DNA from: Bacillota bacterium
Lineage (GTDB): Bacteria; Bacillota; Dethiobacteria; DTU022
DNA: 64,000 nucleotides
Direction: 5' to 3'
NCBI GenBank assembly: GCA_011389985.1
Contig: JAABTH010000001.1
Span: forward strand, 4,158-68,157
Position numbers and translations under genes: made by a program
Notes under the pieces: model-generated
The model's input: the letters and a program-made list of their open reading frames with translations, nothing else
Told to the model about the DNA's origin: nothing
Databases searched by the model: none
Shown: piece after piece, positions 26,983 through 35,423 of the stretch
Position numbering within the stretch: the first letter of the stretch is position 1
Layout: the number at the start of each line of letters is the position of its first letter

Positions 26983-28038
26983 ATGAAAAACATTGAGCTA
27001 ATTATACTAAAGACTATGCTGGCAACTTATATTTTTATGGCCCTGGTGCTTGCCGGGTTAAATTTTGGTTATGCTAATCAGGCTCCAGAAAACATTGCCG
27101 TCCTGATCACCTGGAGCTGGCACTTTTATGAGAACTGGGTTAAAACAATATTTATTGCAGTTGGCGGTTACCTGACCCTGCGCATCATTGGCGATTCTAA
27201 AAAAAACAGCCTTCGTAGGAAAAATCTTTGGGGTTTTTTAATAGTTGCTTTAATTATCCATATAGCCGGACCTTTTCTGTTTAAGAATCCTGAACTCTAC
27301 TATTTTGCGATGCCTCTGCCGTGGACCACAATGCCATTACAGCTTTTAATTCCCGAATCATCTTTTTATCAGAGTTTCGTTTCGTACCATGGAGCATTGG
27401 GAATATCGGCAACTCTTGTCTTTTACCTGTTGGTTACTCTTGTAGTTTTTACCGGAACCATTATTAAAGGCAGAAGATGGCAGTGCTCAACTCTTTGTCT
27501 CTTCAATGGTTTTGCTTCAGAGGTTTTTGCCCCGGCATTTCCTCTGGTGGGAAAACCGAAAAAGGCCGGACCAGTTATGCTTAAAACGTTTTTCATAATA
27601 CGCTGGGTATTTCTGGTGATTTCAATATTATTTACAGGTTATTGGCTGTTACTAATTGCCGGAGTTCCCATTATGAGCCATATTGACATGTTAAGTCAGC
27701 TTGAAACTTATAAATACCTGGCCTTTGAACTCCTGACGGCGATGTTGTTCTGGGTTGTTTTTACCGGGAGAGGCTACTGCTATTACTGTCCTTTAGGCAC
27801 CATAACAGGGTTGATTGGCCGGGCTGCCGGTCAGCGCATAGTCACTGATATCACAAAATGCATCAACTGCAGCAAATGCAATTGGGCCTGTCCCATGGCT
27901 ATTGATATCAATAAGCAGGCTGTGGAGGGCAAAGCAGTTAATGATCTTAACTGTGTCGGCTGTGGCCACTGCATTGATGCATGCCCAACTGGCACACTCG
28001 CCTATACCACAAGGTTTTCAAGTTCCCGGCCGGGGTGA
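26983..28038 (+). CDS. polytopic membrane protein with a C-terminal 4Fe-4S ferredoxin-type domain (NapH/MauN-like polyferredoxin)
   Basis: ~6 TM helices, GRGYCYYCPLG, then CINCSKCNWACP and CVGCGHCIDACP cluster motifs. Confidence 0.65.
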   Translation: MKNIELIILKTMLATYIFMALVLAGLNFGYANQAPENIAVLITWSWHFYENWVKTIFIAVGGYLTLRIIGDSKKNSLRRKNLWGFLIVALIIHIAGPFLFKNPELYYFAMPLPWTTMPLQLLIPESSFYQSFVSYHGALGISATLVFYLLVTLVVFTGTIIKGRRWQCSTLCLFNGFASEVFAPAFPLVGKPKKAGPVMLKTFFIIRWVFLVISILFTGYWLLLIAGVPIMSHIDMLSQLETYKYLAFELLTAMLFWVVFTGRGYCYYCPLGTITGLIGRAAGQRIVTDITKCINCSKCNWACPMAIDINKQAVEGKAVNDLNCVGCGHCIDACPTGTLAYTTRFSSSRPG

Positions 28039-28124
28039 CAAATAAAAGGAACTATTCGGTTATATGCACAGTCTTATTTCATGATAGTAAATATATTTTG
28101 AGTCCCAAGAGGGAGGATGTTACT

Positions 28125-29090
28125 ATGTTTGTAAAAAGAAATATTCTAATTGCGATTGCTGTCCTATTAACGTGCTTAATTATACTGGTTTTTACCACCC
28201 TTAATATAGGCAGTACAGTAACAAATAGTGATGGGTATGTCTCAACTGTCCGAACCAATAATATTGAACCTGATAATTGGTCTCATCTGGGGTTACAGCT
28301 ACACTATGCCTCTGGAAATGAAGAAATTGCCAAGAAGTTTCTTGAGAATATCGCGCAGTTGTTACAATCCAAAGGTATAAGTAATGTGGTCATTTTGCCT
28401 CCTTTAATTGATTTGCAGGAGATAGATGCAGATTTAGAGGGAGTTTTTATATTTCATTTTGATTTCAAATCGAGTGGATGGCAATTAACACGTCAGGGTA
28501 AATTATTGACTGCGGCTGAATTTGTTTCCTTTAAGAAAGGTTCACTGGTAACGATGAACATAGGCGCCACTACTTCAGCTGCCGGCCGCGGCTGGTTTAA
28601 CCGGGCTCATTTTAATAGTGAGCTTATCGGTGCATCTGCAGAGTACTGGGTGCAGGAAGCATTAAGAGGTTTTAACCTTGTTGACAATCAAGGCGCATCC
28701 GAGTCGAATATAAATTATCTTGAGAGTAATATTGATGATATCCCACCGGTTTTATCAGGTTTGATTATTGGTGATGGTAATCTGCAGGCCTATATTAAGC
28801 AGAGTGGTAACTATGTTCTCAGTTATCTCACAGCCAATAGAGATTTAGAAAGCATGCTGGAAAGTGAACTAACAGATCAGCACAACATGAAAGTTGTCAT
28901 GCCCTGGGTAGATGCTACAGGTGGTCGCCGCTTGATTGAATTAATATCTGAAGATGGTTCACAGGAGGTCAGGATCTATTATTCAGATACTGCAAAAATT
29001 CCCTATACGGGAGGTTTTACTAGCTCAATATCCAGTGATAGTGTGCAAGAAGAATTTTTAGTTACCATAATATCACTTAACTATGAATAA
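28125..29090 (+). CDS. membrane-anchored/secreted protein of unknown function
   Basis: Start at the internal ATG (MFVKRNILIAIAVLLTCLIILVF), which has a GAGGGAGG RBS. The track ORF start at 27981 overlaps the upstream gene and lacks an RBS. No recognised domains. Confidence 0.5.
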   Translation: MFVKRNILIAIAVLLTCLIILVFTTLNIGSTVTNSDGYVSTVRTNNIEPDNWSHLGLQLHYASGNEEIAKKFLENIAQLLQSKGISNVVILPPLIDLQEIDADLEGVFIFHFDFKSSGWQLTRQGKLLTAAEFVSFKKGSLVTMNIGATTSAAGRGWFNRAHFNSELIGASAEYWVQEALRGFNLVDNQGASESNINYLESNIDDIPPVLSGLIIGDGNLQAYIKQSGNYVLSYLTANRDLESMLESELTDQHNMKVVMPWVDATGGRRLIELISEDGSQEVRIYYSDTAKIPYTGGFTSSISSDSVQEEFLVTIISLNYE

Positions 29091-29206
29091 ACTTAGCACC
29101 TCATATCAGAGCATTGGCCAGTCTGCATATAATTATTACCTTGCCCGAAACGACTAGTCAATTGTAATATTTCTACGAGATTATTTAAATTGTATATTCA
29201 TATGCC

Positions 29207-29237
29207 CTTGACATGATATCAAAATATGATACTATAT
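29207..29237 (+). promoter_or_regulatory. sigma-A-type promoter TTGACA-N16-TGaTACTAT (extended -10) upstream of hicB
   Basis: Near-consensus -35 plus a TG-extended -10, seen directly, ~75 nt upstream of the hicB start. Confidence 0.5.
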
Positions 29238-29313
29238 AGATAGGCTAATTAATTGCAATAGATATGAGAGATAGAGGAGATGCTTTAGGAAATTTACTGA
29301 AGCAGGGTGAAGG

Positions 29314-29643
29314 ATGATGAAATATAAAGGCTATTATTCCAAAATAGAATTTGATGAAGAGACTGAACTTTTCAGAGGCGAAGTAATAAATATTAGGGAT
29401 GCTATAACTTTTAAGGGAACAACTGTAGAAGATTTGAAAAAGGCTTTTCATGATTCAGTTGATAAATATCTGGATCTTTGTGCTGAGAAGGGAGAATCTC
29501 CTGCGAGGCAATATTCCGGTAGGTTTGTTGTCCGAAGCAAACCCCAATTACATATGCGCATTGCTGTTGCCGCCAAAGAGAAGAGAGTAAGTATAAATGC
29601 ACTTGTAAATGAGTTGTTAGCAAGTGCACTGGATGTAAAGTAA
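29314..29643 (+). CDS. hicB: HicB-family antitoxin (HicB_lk_antitox N-domain plus RHH C-terminus); no cognate hicA detected
   Basis: MMKYKGYYSKIEFDEETELFRGEVINIRDAITFKGTTVEDLKKAFHDSVDKYLDLCAEKGESP is the HicB fold signature. The C-terminal ribbon-helix-helix reads SINALVNELLASAL. Confidence 0.75.
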   Translation: MMKYKGYYSKIEFDEETELFRGEVINIRDAITFKGTTVEDLKKAFHDSVDKYLDLCAEKGESPARQYSGRFVVRSKPQLHMRIAVAAKEKRVSINALVNELLASALDVK

Positions 29644-29789
29644 ACCCTTAAGAAAAAAAAGATCACTCAGGGTTGTTGTGTAGAGATAGAAGATGAGAAT
29701 TTCTGTCCAGAGCTGTTCATGAATGTATTAAGATTAATGATAAATATATGCAGGAGTTTATTAAATCAGCTTAAAAAGGAGGGATTATT

Positions 29790-30107
29790 TTGAAAAAGTT
29801 AATGACATATCTTTTCCTTTTAATGTTAGTGATTGGTGTAGGATCAATTATTGGCTGTGACACAACAGAAGATGTGCAAGTTGAAGATATTAGAGAACAA
29901 ATTGAAGAAACACTTAATACTATCGAAGGAGAGATAGAAGCAATAGAGGTTGAAGAAAATATAGAAGAGATTAGTGAAGATGTTGAACAGAGATTAGCAG
30001 AAATTGAAAAGCAAATTGAAGATATTGAGATGGAAGAAATTGATTATGGTATCGAACAAAGGATAGAAGATATAGAGAGAAGAGTCGAAGATATCCGGAT
30101 GAGATAA
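29790..30107 (+). CDS. highly acidic coiled-coil lipoprotein (hypothetical)
   Basis: Signal peptide with lipobox IIGC. ~35% Glu/Asp with repetitive IE..IE heptads. AAAAAGGAGGGA RBS and TTG start. Confidence 0.5.
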   Translation: MKKLMTYLFLLMLVIGVGSIIGCDTTEDVQVEDIREQIEETLNTIEGEIEAIEVEENIEEISEDVEQRLAEIEKQIEDIEMEEIDYGIEQRIEDIERRVEDIRMR

Positions 30108-30152
30108 GTACTCTGTATCGTTTAATATCAACCCTTATAGGAGGTTTAACAA

Positions 30153-30377
30153 ATGGATGAAGAAAGAATGACCAACCTGGCAAAAGTAATCGAGGTGGTC
30201 GGAGTATCAAACGAAAGCTGGGAAGATGCAGCTTTAAATGCAGTAAAAGAAGCTTCTAAAACATTAGATAATATAACCGGCGTTGAAGTAATTACTTATA
30301 ATGGAATTGTTAAAGACGGTAAGGTAACAGTCTTCAAGGCTGTTGTAAAAATAGCCTTTGGTCTTACAGACCGATAA
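30153..30377 (+). CDS. dodecin-family flavin-binding protein
   Basis: 74-aa ORF with KVIEVVGVSNESWEDAALNAVKEASKTLDNITGVEVI...DGKVTVFKAVVKIAF, which matches the dodecin fold signature. Confidence 0.7.
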   Translation: MDEERMTNLAKVIEVVGVSNESWEDAALNAVKEASKTLDNITGVEVITYNGIVKDGKVTVFKAVVKIAFGLTDR

Positions 30378-30536
30378 ACAGTAACGTTAGAAACCCGGTT
30401 ATTTAAATTGCATTTAATGCAAATTTCAATAAAGAACTTAACTAAGTCCGGGATGACATCAAATCCCGGACTTAGATGTAAGTAGATTAAGAACTAAAAG
30501 GTGCTTACAACTAAATTATATGGGGAGGATTTAAAA

Positions 30537-30989
30537 ATGAATATTTTAGTATGCACAGATGGATCAGAGCATAGTCAAAAAGCTGTTGAAAAAGCATCGC
30601 TAATTGCTGAAGGGCCAAATGTCGATGAAGTGGCTATTATTAATGTTTTTGAGGATAAATTAGATTTATCTTTTTTACCACTTGGGGCAAAAGTTACAGA
30701 AGAGGATATGGAAAATTTTGAAAGACTTCGGGAAGAAAACCAGAACGAAAGAAACAAAATCATGAAAGATGCCTTGAAGGTGTTTGAAGAAAAAAGTATC
30801 AAAGCACGAACTATATTAGAAGAAGGCCGCCCTGCCGATACGATCGTAAAAGTAGCGACCGATGAAGGTTTCGATCTGATTGTTCTCGGTAGCAGGGGAT
30901 TAAATAGTCTGAAAAAAATATACCTCGGTAGCGTAAGCAGTGCAGTAATTCAGGAAGCCCAAAATTCCAGTGTAATGGTAGTGAAGTAA
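30537..30989 (+). CDS. universal stress protein (UspA family)
   Basis: MNILVCTDGSEHSQKAV...LIVLGSRGLNSLKKIYLGSVSSAVIQEAQNSSVMVV, with the C-terminal ATP-binding G-x2-G-x9-GS motif. GGGGAGG RBS. Confidence 0.8.
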   Translation: MNILVCTDGSEHSQKAVEKASLIAEGPNVDEVAIINVFEDKLDLSFLPLGAKVTEEDMENFERLREENQNERNKIMKDALKVFEEKSIKARTILEEGRPADTIVKVATDEGFDLIVLGSRGLNSLKKIYLGSVSSAVIQEAQNSSVMVVK

Positions 30990-31026
30990 ACTCCAAACTC
31001 TTTTTATTTATACGACAAATTGTAAA

Positions 31027-31059
31027 GTAGCGGCTCCCACTATCATGAGGAGCCGCTAC
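31027..31059. terminator. 11-bp perfect hairpin GTAGCGGCTCC-N11-GGAGCCGCTAC downstream of usp (weak U-tract)
   Basis: Seen directly, 38 nt after the usp stop. Lacks a strong T-run, so termination efficiency is uncertain. Confidence 0.35.
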
Positions 31060-31534
31060 TAAGGGCAGTTAATATTAGCTAAAATCATATGTTTGTTAAC
31101 GGTTATAGCTTTATGCTTGTCTAAGTTGCTACTGCCCATATTTTAAACCGGTGTCTGGCAGCCTCTGGACATCATTTGCCGGAATGAGGCGCCAAGACCT
31201 CCGGGAATAATTTGCTTAAAAGGCATAGTTACAAACATTTGGCCTTACCTCTAATCATTATTAACGCCAGTTGAGTGTTTGTGAGCTTTATTATAGAATC
31301 TCTTTGTGGCATTAAGATGTGATAAATATTAAGTTATTGTAAAATATTTTTGATGGCTGTAAAAGTGGGATGAGTGTGCCTTTGATTAAATCAAACAGTA
31401 ATAATGTTTTCCGCGGTCTTTTGTGTTATTATTTGCTGAGTGCCGGGTTTTTATAGAATTATTGACTAAAAGGGCATCAATCTAAACCGATTTTTAAATA
31501 GACTGGCTATGTCAACTGAGAACCTGTAAAGGGT

Positions 31535-32548
31535 ATGATCCAGGTGTTTTATACATTGTTGCAAGTTTTTCGTGAACTGTTTAGCAATGCATTTCAAACC
31601 AGCATAATGTTATTTAAAATTATTGTACCGATCAGTATCTTAACCCGGCTGCTTCAGCAGTGGGGTATTGTTGATTACTTCGGAATCATCCTAAGTCCGG
31701 TTATGGAGTTGGTAGGGTTACCGGGGCGAATAGGTTTGGTCTGGGCTACAGCAATGATAACCAACCTATATGGAGGTATGGTGGTTTTTGCTTCTCTGGC
31801 GCCAGGACTTGATCTGACTGTTGCTCAGGTTTCAGTTTTGGGAACGATGATTCTTGTCGCTCACTCACTACCGGTGGAAGGTCTGATAGCTCAAAAAGCA
31901 GGAGTGCGTCTCAGGGCTACATTATTAATACGGGTAATGGGAGCTCTACTCATCGGCTGGATTCTGCATCTTGTATATCAAATGACCGGAGTTTTACAGC
32001 AGACAAACCAGGCTTTGTGGAATCCACCTGTAGTAGGGCATACGTGGAGCTCATGGGTTATTGCCGAACTGCGAAATATGTTCTATATCTTTTTAATCAT
32101 CTTAACTTTGACGGCAGTGCTGATGTTACTAAAAAGGCTGGGGATAAGCGATTTAATGACCAGACTGCTTGCTCCTGTTTTAAAAACGCTCGGTATAAGC
32201 CGGGAGGCTGCACCGATTACGATTATCGGGATAACTCTGGGTTTGAGTTATGGAGGCGGCCTTATTATTCAGGAGGCAAGATCTGGAAAATTGTCCAAAG
32301 CAGACCTATTCGCTTCAATTACACTAATGGGTTTATGCCATAGCATTTTTGAAGATACGCTGTTGATGATGGTGCTTGGCGCTCATATATCCGGTATTAT
32401 CTGGGCAAGACTGGTCTTTTCGCTATTGGTAATATATCTGCTGGTAAAATTGATCCGGAAAATTCCCGGAGACATAGTTGATCGTTACCTGATGCGCAGC
32501 GTCGGAGGAATAGAAAGCAAAGAGGTATCGCAAGAGCAGAGTTATTAG
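31535..32548 (+). CDS. nucleoside-recognition (Gate) domain membrane protein (SpmA/SpmB / YjiH-like transporter-like)
   Basis: Two Gate-like hydrophobic repeats (GLPGRIGLVWATAMITNLYGGMVVF...; ...IIGITLGLSYGGGLIIQEA), 337 aa. Confidence 0.6.
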   Translation: MIQVFYTLLQVFRELFSNAFQTSIMLFKIIVPISILTRLLQQWGIVDYFGIILSPVMELVGLPGRIGLVWATAMITNLYGGMVVFASLAPGLDLTVAQVSVLGTMILVAHSLPVEGLIAQKAGVRLRATLLIRVMGALLIGWILHLVYQMTGVLQQTNQALWNPPVVGHTWSSWVIAELRNMFYIFLIILTLTAVLMLLKRLGISDLMTRLLAPVLKTLGISREAAPITIIGITLGLSYGGGLIIQEARSGKLSKADLFASITLMGLCHSIFEDTLLMMVLGAHISGIIWARLVFSLLVIYLLVKLIRKIPGDIVDRYLMRSVGGIESKEVSQEQSY

Positions 32549-32588
32549 TGGTTTTTTATATTAATTAATGATAAGGAAAGGATCTAAG

Positions 32589-32894
32589 ATGACCAATAAA
32601 GAAAACTACCGTGCTTATCTGCAGAAGCAGCTGGATGGATGGGTTGAAGAAGTTAATGCTTTAAGGAAAAAGGTTGGTGCTGCCGGATCTGAAGCGATGA
32701 AGAACATGCCTGAGCAAATTAAGATTCTCGAAAATAAAATTGATCAAGGCACGGCAAAACTAAAAGAACTGGCCGAAACAAATGAAGATGCCTGGGAATC
32801 TGTGAAAGATGGTTTTGAATCAGCCTGGAAATCTTTATCGGCAGGTTTTAAGGATGCCGCGACAAAATTTAAGTGGGAAAGGGACAAAGATTGA
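32589..32894 (+). CDS. hypothetical coiled-coil protein (phasin-like helical protein)
   Basis: MTNKENYRAYLQKQLDGWVEEVNALRKK... is all alpha-helical. AAGGAAAGGA RBS before the internal ATG. Confidence 0.4.
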   Translation: MTNKENYRAYLQKQLDGWVEEVNALRKKVGAAGSEAMKNMPEQIKILENKIDQGTAKLKELAETNEDAWESVKDGFESAWKSLSAGFKDAATKFKWERDKD

Positions 32895-33124
32895 ACAAAG
32901 TGGCACTTCCAATAGTTGCTATTAAAACTTATATTTGTTATTATCTTAAAGTGAATAAAGAAAAGTAAGGGCTAAGTATACCAAGTAAAGCTTGCTCAAT
33001 TTGAAACCTGGTCTGCTTTTGTTTCTCAAGTTTAAAATTGATTAATAAAAAAGCTTATTTAAGCCCTCCACTAACTAAACTAGAAAATGGCTAACAAGAT
33101 ACTTATATGGGGTGCTAAAGCAAA

Positions 33125-33709
33125 ATGGTATTTGCAATAGTTTTAGGTTCAGTTGCTATCTTACTATTTATGATTACAGAATATGTAAGCTATAAAGGCA
33201 TTGATTTTAAACTTCTAAGGTTATTACAACTCTTTACTTTAATATTTGCGGTTTTAGCTCACGTTATTGTATTAATCGGCCCGCATAGTCCCAGAACATA
33301 TATTGCGATCATTCCCGGCATAGTTACCATTATAATTGCCGGTTATTTATTATATCGTTCTTTATGGGTAGAACTGCCCGGTAATCCTCATTATGGGCAC
33401 ACTCTTAATACTTCAAACAGCTTATGCCAAAAAGGCACATATGCTTTGATGAGGCACCCCGGCCTGTGGTGGTACGGGTTATTTTTAATTGGTCTATACT
33501 TGTTGACTGGATCACAATGGCTGTTAGTTGCTGCACCAATCTGGTGGATATTAGATCTCTTTCTCGTTCTTGTTGAAGATCTATACCTTTATCCACGGAT
33601 ATTTAAAGATTACGATGTTTACAAAAAAAAAGTGCCTATGCTCTTTCCAAAGCTGGCTAACCTGAAAGATTGCTTGCGAACATGGAATACTTTTAGACGA
33701 AAAAGTTAA
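33125..33709 (+). CDS. isoprenylcysteine carboxyl methyltransferase (ICMT/PEMT) family membrane methyltransferase
   Basis: GTYALMRHPGLWWYG (RHPxY) and VEDLYLYPRIFKDYDVYKKKVPMLFP (EE..L...FG..Y..Y...VP-like) motifs. ~5 TM helices. Confidence 0.65.
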   Translation: MVFAIVLGSVAILLFMITEYVSYKGIDFKLLRLLQLFTLIFAVLAHVIVLIGPHSPRTYIAIIPGIVTIIIAGYLLYRSLWVELPGNPHYGHTLNTSNSLCQKGTYALMRHPGLWWYGLFLIGLYLLTGSQWLLVAAPIWWILDLFLVLVEDLYLYPRIFKDYDVYKKKVPMLFPKLANLKDCLRTWNTFRRKS

Positions 33710-33790
33710 AACAAGAGAATAAACCTGATTTTCTATCAATATTTTTAAATTCATCAATCATAGTCTATCTATACTAAAGGGGGATCTTCA

Positions 33791-35401
33791 TTGATGGAAT
33801 TAACAGCGAGGAAGTTATTGCAGGAAGGAAGGCCTAATGATATATATCCTTTGTATTGTGGTTTTCTTGATCTTACAGTGGAAGAGATTATGGATATTCA
33901 AAAGCGCCTTTTAAAAGAACAGATTACTATGCTGGAAAAGTCGGAAATTGGCCAGGCAATTTTGCCCGGAACATGGCCAAGGAATATCGAGGATTTTAAA
34001 AACAAAATTCCGTTAACGACTTATGATGATTATGCATCATTCTTATCTAAAAAAAATGAAGATGCATTACCAGACAAGCCTCACTGCTGGGTTCGTACTT
34101 CCGGACGTTCCGGTTACAATGAAGTTAAGTGGATGCCCTATACAAAACGTTACTGGTCAAAAGCAGCACATAATGCTTTTGCCAGCATGATTATCGGTTC
34201 TTCAAAAAATAAAGGAGAGTTTTTATTGGAGCAAGGTGATAAAATACTTTATGCTCTTGCCCCGAGGCCTTATACTTCAGGTGAAATAATGGTTTATGGT
34301 ATGCTGCATCACTTTCCATTTCAATTTTTACCTGAACCGGAAGAAGCTGAAAAGATGGATTTTTTTGAGCGAATTGAAAAAGGGTTCAGCCTCAGTTTGG
34401 ATGAAGGGCTAGATATTTTCTATGGTTTGGCCAGTATTTTGCTTGCGGTAGGAAAGCAGTTCTCTGGAGGTTCAAATACCGGTAAAAGAAATATGCTTTC
34501 GATGCTTAAGAGGCCTAAAGCATTGAGCCGACTGCTGAAAGGTTATATTCGTAGTAAAAAAAATAAACGAGAACTCTTACCCTGTGATATCTGGGATCCT
34601 AAAATCTTAGGGATGGCCGGTATGGATTGTGATATCTTCAGAGATAAAGTTAAATATTACTGGGGCAAAAACCCTCTTGAAGGTTATGGTTTAACTGAGG
34701 GGGGCATCGCTGCGATTCAGACTTGGGCCCGGGATGGTATGGTCTTTTTCCCCGATATGAATTTTCTTGAATTTATTTCATTTGAAGAGCATTTGAAGTT
34801 AAAAGCAGATCCTACTTATAAGCCCGATACTCTCTTATTGGATCAGGTCCAGGAAGGTGAAGTATATGAATTGATTATTTCTAATTTTTATGGGTCCCCA
34901 TTGGTTCGTTACCGGGTTGGAGATCTGATTAAGATTGTTGCTCTTCAAGATGAAAAGTGGGGGATCAAGATGCCTCATATGCGATTTTTCAGCCGGGCTG
35001 ATGATTTAATTGATATCGCCGGTTTTACGCGGCTTACTGAAAATATAATATGGAAAGCTATCGAAAAAAGTGAAGTTTCTTACAACGATTGGGTGGTTCG
35101 TAAAGAAACAGCAGAAGAAAAAACTTTCGTGCATTTTTATATTGATTCCAGTTCGGTTATGGATAAAGAACTTGCCGAAGGTCTTATCCATCGCAAATTA
35201 TGTGAACTCGATTCGGATTATGCTCAATTAGAACAAATGGTTGGGCTTAAGCCGGTCAAGGTGACCTACTTGGAAGAGGGAGTTTTTCAGCGTTATTTAC
35301 AAGAACGAATAGCCGAAGGGGCTGATATTGCCCACCTGAAACCGCCGCGACTGAATCCTTCTTTAGCGGTGATGGAAAAACTGCAAAATAGGTCAGGGTA
35401 A
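33791..35401 (+). CDS. GH3-family (auxin-responsive GH3-like) acyl-acid amido synthetase / adenylating enzyme
   Basis: TSGRSGYNEVKWMPYT (the TSGTSxGxxK P-loop analogue) and EGYGLTEGG (YGxSE) motifs of GH3/ANL-superfamily adenylating enzymes. 536 aa. Confidence 0.7.
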   Translation: MMELTARKLLQEGRPNDIYPLYCGFLDLTVEEIMDIQKRLLKEQITMLEKSEIGQAILPGTWPRNIEDFKNKIPLTTYDDYASFLSKKNEDALPDKPHCWVRTSGRSGYNEVKWMPYTKRYWSKAAHNAFASMIIGSSKNKGEFLLEQGDKILYALAPRPYTSGEIMVYGMLHHFPFQFLPEPEEAEKMDFFERIEKGFSLSLDEGLDIFYGLASILLAVGKQFSGGSNTGKRNMLSMLKRPKALSRLLKGYIRSKKNKRELLPCDIWDPKILGMAGMDCDIFRDKVKYYWGKNPLEGYGLTEGGIAAIQTWARDGMVFFPDMNFLEFISFEEHLKLKADPTYKPDTLLLDQVQEGEVYELIISNFYGSPLVRYRVGDLIKIVALQDEKWGIKMPHMRFFSRADDLIDIAGFTRLTENIIWKAIEKSEVSYNDWVVRKETAEEKTFVHFYIDSSSVMDKELAEGLIHRKLCELDSDYAQLEQMVGLKPVKVTYLEEGVFQRYLQERIAEGADIAHLKPPRLNPSLAVMEKLQNRSG

Positions 35402-35423
35402 ACTTAGATAAGAAAGGCATAAT

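Noticed and set aside
27981-28124. Upstream extension of ORF 27981..29090
   Set aside because: Overlaps the 3' end of the Fe-S membrane protein gene and has no RBS. The internal ATG at ~28125 has a GAGGGAGG RBS and begins a signal/TM segment.
31061-31534. Possible riboswitch in the 545-nt region upstream of the nucleoside-recognition-domain gene
   Set aside because: No consensus elements of the purine, c-di-GMP, preQ1 or T-box classes were recognised by eye. Left unannotated.
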